In this document: positions 61,657-64,000 of the stretch, in pieces
Position numbering within the stretch: the first letter of the stretch is position 1
Layout of the letters: the number at the start of each line of letters is the position of its first letter
Assembly: GCA_947085505.1 (NCBI GenBank)
Contig: CAMTWI010000002.1
Location: 8,681 to 72,680, forward strand
Source: an uncultured bacterium
GTDB taxonomy: Bacteria > Patescibacteriota > Minisyncoccia > Phycocordibacterales > Phycocordibacteraceae
Direction: 5' to 3'
DNA length: 64,000 nucleotides
Notes under the pieces: generated by a model
What the model saw: the letters and a program-made list of their open reading frames with translations, nothing else
Databases searched by the model: none
What the model was told of the DNA's origin: nothing
Position numbers and translations under genes: made by a program

Positions 61657-61800
61657 TTACTCGTACACGTCCTTCATGGGACGCATGTTCGGATGCTCGT
61701 TGTAGAAGTCTTCGCGGTCTTGCCGAAGCTGGGCAAGTTGCCGGAAAAACGCCTTCACCCTGATACACATCCGGTGCAGAAAAGTCTTACGCTTTTTCAT
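61657..61800 (-). CDS. small basic protein, 47 aa (below the ORF-track length cutoff)
   Basis: MKKRKTFLHRMCIRVKAFFRQLAQLRQDREDFYNEHPNMRPMKDVYE. It is preceded by a strong SD motif (aaaGGAGGagtgctATG) and followed by a terminator. Confidence 0.5.
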   Translation of the reverse strand: MKKRKTFLHRMCIRVKAFFRQLAQLRQDREDFYNEHPNMRPMKDVYE

Positions 61801-61852
61801 AGCACTCCTCCTTTCTGAGGAAAAGAATGCCTCGAAACGGCAGGCGTGTCAA

Positions 61853-63154
61853 TTAGGCCTGTGGCACAACGAGCCTGTCAGCGACGGTATAGATATCTCC
61901 TGCTCCCATGGTCATAACAATGTCACCCTCCTCAGACTCTCGATTGAGTATCTCCTCAATCTCATCGAACGTAGCCGCCTCGGCATGCACCCCAGTCTTT
62001 CTGATATGTTCAGCAAGTTTCTCGCTTGATGTAACCCCATCATCAGGTTCACGCGCTGCAAAGATTGGCGCAATGAGAACTTTGTCAGCACCTTGAAACG
62101 CAGTAGTGAACTCTTCGAACAGGTCGCGTGTTCGGCTGTAAGTATGAGGATGGAATGCAACGAGAAGTTTTTCGTATCCTTTCTCCCGAGCTGCTGCAAT
62201 AGTCTTTTGTATCGCAGTTGGGTGATGCGCGTAGTCGTCATACACATCAGCACCAGTCTTGGTCTTCCCTTTATATTCAAATCGTCGCCACGTGCCTTCG
62301 AACGCAGCAAGGGATTCCTGTATCACGTCCTCAGAGATGTGCAGAAATGCTGCTCTCGCGGCAGCGGCAGCGGCACGTGCGTTCATACGATTAAACTCTC
62401 CCGGCATACGGAGTACCGGAACTTCTTCACGAGTGTAATCAATAATCGGAGCAGCAAGTCCCCTAAGGAGCGGCGCAATATTAGGATCGTTCGGATTAGT
62501 AACAATAGCTCCCTCTTCCGGGACCTTTTCCATAAAGGAACGGAACGCAGCCTGCACGTCGGCCAGATCCTTGAAGTAGTCAGAGTGATCGAACTCTATG
62601 TTCGTCACGACGAGTACGGTCGGTGTAAGGTTCAGAAAATGCCGACGGTACTCACACGACTCAACAACAAACAAATCTGACGTGCCCGCCAAATAGTTCG
62701 AATCAAACTCGCGAACAACCGAGCCAACAATCGCCGTTGGCGACGCCTCGGCATCGCGAAGAACACGTGCGAGCATTGCAGTTGTCGTTGTCTTGCCATG
62801 GGTACCAGCAACCGCGATAGTGGTCTTCCCGAGCGAAACATCGCCAAGCATCTGGAAGTATGACTTCATTGGTATGCCGCGTGCAGCGATTGCTTCCATG
62901 AACTCCGGTGCACGTGTCTCCCATGCCGCGCTATACACGACAAGGTCCGTATCCGGATCGATATTCTCTATATCAGCGCCTATGTGTATGAGGACACCGA
63001 GCGCACGGATGCGATCCAGTGTTTCCGGGCTTTCGCTATCGTTCGTACCGGAAATTGTATATCCATCGTGATGCAGGAGCTGCGCGAGCGCGCTAATCCC
63101 AATCCCGCCAACACCGACGAGATGGATTTTTTGTATACCGGTAATGCGAGTCAT
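61853..63154 (-). CDS. murC: UDP-N-acetylmuramate--L-alanine ligase
   Basis: IHLVGVGGIGISALAQLL and the GTHGKTTTTAM P-loop, 433 aa. Confidence 0.9.
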   Translation of the reverse strand: MTRITGIQKIHLVGVGGIGISALAQLLHHDGYTISGTNDSESPETLDRIRALGVLIHIGADIENIDPDTDLVVYSAAWETRAPEFMEAIAARGIPMKSYFQMLGDVSLGKTTIAVAGTHGKTTTTAMLARVLRDAEASPTAIVGSVVREFDSNYLAGTSDLFVVESCEYRRHFLNLTPTVLVVTNIEFDHSDYFKDLADVQAAFRSFMEKVPEEGAIVTNPNDPNIAPLLRGLAAPIIDYTREEVPVLRMPGEFNRMNARAAAAAARAAFLHISEDVIQESLAAFEGTWRRFEYKGKTKTGADVYDDYAHHPTAIQKTIAAAREKGYEKLLVAFHPHTYSRTRDLFEEFTTAFQGADKVLIAPIFAAREPDDGVTSSEKLAEHIRKTGVHAEAATFDEIEEILNRESEEGDIVMTMGAGDIYTVADRLVVPQA

Positions 63155-64000
63155 AGACCCTTAACGATAGCAGTAAACTGGTCGCCCCGGTCGTACTCGT
63201 TCGTAAACATACCGAAGGACGCGAAGGCCGGAGAAAGGAGTATGGTATCTCCAGGCTCTGCATGATTCCTGGCATCGGTAACAGCCTCTTCGAGAGAATC
63301 AAAGATAGGCGCGTCCGGAAGAAACTCCTTCACGCGGTCAGTACCAGTACCCGCAAGCAACGACACATGCTTCGTGCTCTCGCCGATAAGCTCGAGAAGA
63401 TTCTTCATTTCAAGTCCTTTGTCGTGCCCGCCCATGATGAGATTGATGCGTGCACCTCCCTCTTGAGCGAGTGCATGCAGGGCTACAATCGTTGCTTCAG
63501 GTGTCGTTGAGTTTGAGTCGTTATAGAACGAAACCCCGTCCTTGAGCGCAACGAGTTCTAATCTTCCAGGAATCCCGAGGAATGCTTCGAGCGCCTTTAC
63601 GCTTATGGCGTCGTCTACCCCAAGCGCTCGAGCGGCTGCAAGCGCGAGAGCGGCATCATAGCGATTATGCTCGCCTGGCACCAAGAGCTCGAGTCCTTCA
63701 GGAAGGACCTTCTCTCCAGCAACCACGACCTTCGATGCAATCTGGCTCTCATACTTATCAATAACCGTAAGTGCCATCTGCTCGCCAAGAATTAAGGTGT
63801 CCTCCGGCTTCTGGTACAGGAAGATGTTTGCCTTGTCTGCGAGGTACGCGTCAATGTCGTCCTTGTAATACGAAAGATGGTCTGGATAGAACGTTGTGAA
63901 GAGAGCAAGCTCCGGGCTCATACGGTCTTCGCCAAATCCTTGAAGCTGCCAGGAGTCGAGTTCAAAGAGTGCGGTGTGCTCCGGTGTCGCTTCTTCAAGA
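63151..64000 (-). CDS. murD: UDP-N-acetylmuramoylalanine--D-glutamate ligase (C-terminal part; the 5' end lies beyond the window)
   Basis: The frame stays open to the window edge (…FELDSWQLQGFGEDRMSPELALFTTFYPDHL…). It has Mur-ligase central and C-terminal motifs. The ATGA overlap links it to the murC start. Confidence 0.8.
   Translation of the reverse strand, partial: LEEATPEHTALFELDSWQLQGFGEDRMSPELALFTTFYPDHLSYYKDDIDAYLADKANIFLYQKPEDTLILGEQMALTVIDKYESQIASKVVVAGEKVLPEGLELLVPGEHNRYDAALALAAARALGVDDAISVKALEAFLGIPGRLELVALKDGVSFYNDSNSTTPEATIVALHALAQEGGARINLIMGGHDKGLEMKNLLELIGESTKHVSLLAGTGTDRVKEFLPDAPIFDSLEEAVTDARNHAEPGDTILLSPAFASFGMFTNEYDRGDQFTAIVKGL

Noticed and set aside
1-64000. An alternative genetic code with UGA reassignment, as in Gracilibacteria/Absconditabacteria.
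   Set aside because: All conserved genes are full-length under the standard code. TGA is used as a genuine stop, for example at aspartate kinase 38723-38725 and murD 63151-63153. The 11-kb and 13.8-kb ORFs are intact.

Overview
The window is gene-dense, about 50% GC and uses the standard genetic code. Almost every gene is on the minus strand. The content looks like a small-genome bacterium of the Patescibacteria/CPR type. That placement is inference from a split transketolase, type IV pilin-like genes, tight packing and giant surface proteins.

Gene blocks:
- 1-7.7 kb: a sugar-phosphate operon with a PfkB kinase, split transketolase, an Rpe-like gene, RpiB and GAPDH. It is interrupted by a HigBA-like toxin-antitoxin pair and by two copies of a small-membrane-protein plus pilin cassette.
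- 7.9-34.7 kb: the standout locus. Three consecutive minus-strand genes each begin with an excisionase-type helix-turn-helix (HTH) domain followed by one transmembrane (TM) helix.
- 34.8-41.3 kb: gatB, obg, an aspartate-kinase-like gene and secA.
- 41.4 kb: a 63-aa Lys/Ala-rich histone H1-like protein.
- 41.8-55.2 kb: murB and a surface-glycan cluster (O-antigen-ligase/TPR, flippase, three glycosyltransferases, two methyltransferases, AsnB, HAD, YvcK-like).
- 55.2-64 kb: a lamin-tail/PKD secreted protein, a TraD/VirD4-like ATPase, an FAD oxidoreductase, rsmI, murC and partial murD.

The giant locus: two of the three HTH-TM genes are giant, at 3,656 aa and 4,595 aa, together about 25 kb or 39% of the window. 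Each has dozens of GNVGIGTTxP-type modules. Each also has a phage tail-fibre intramolecular-chaperone (peptidase S74-like) domain that is followed by further C-terminal domains rather than ending the protein.

A second recurring signal: a TAnnnT hexamer sits exactly 6 nt upstream of the ATG at 10 genes. This fits widespread leaderless transcription.

No rRNA, tRNA, CRISPR array, transposase or integrase was recognised. All family assignments come from motifs read by eye. No database search was run.
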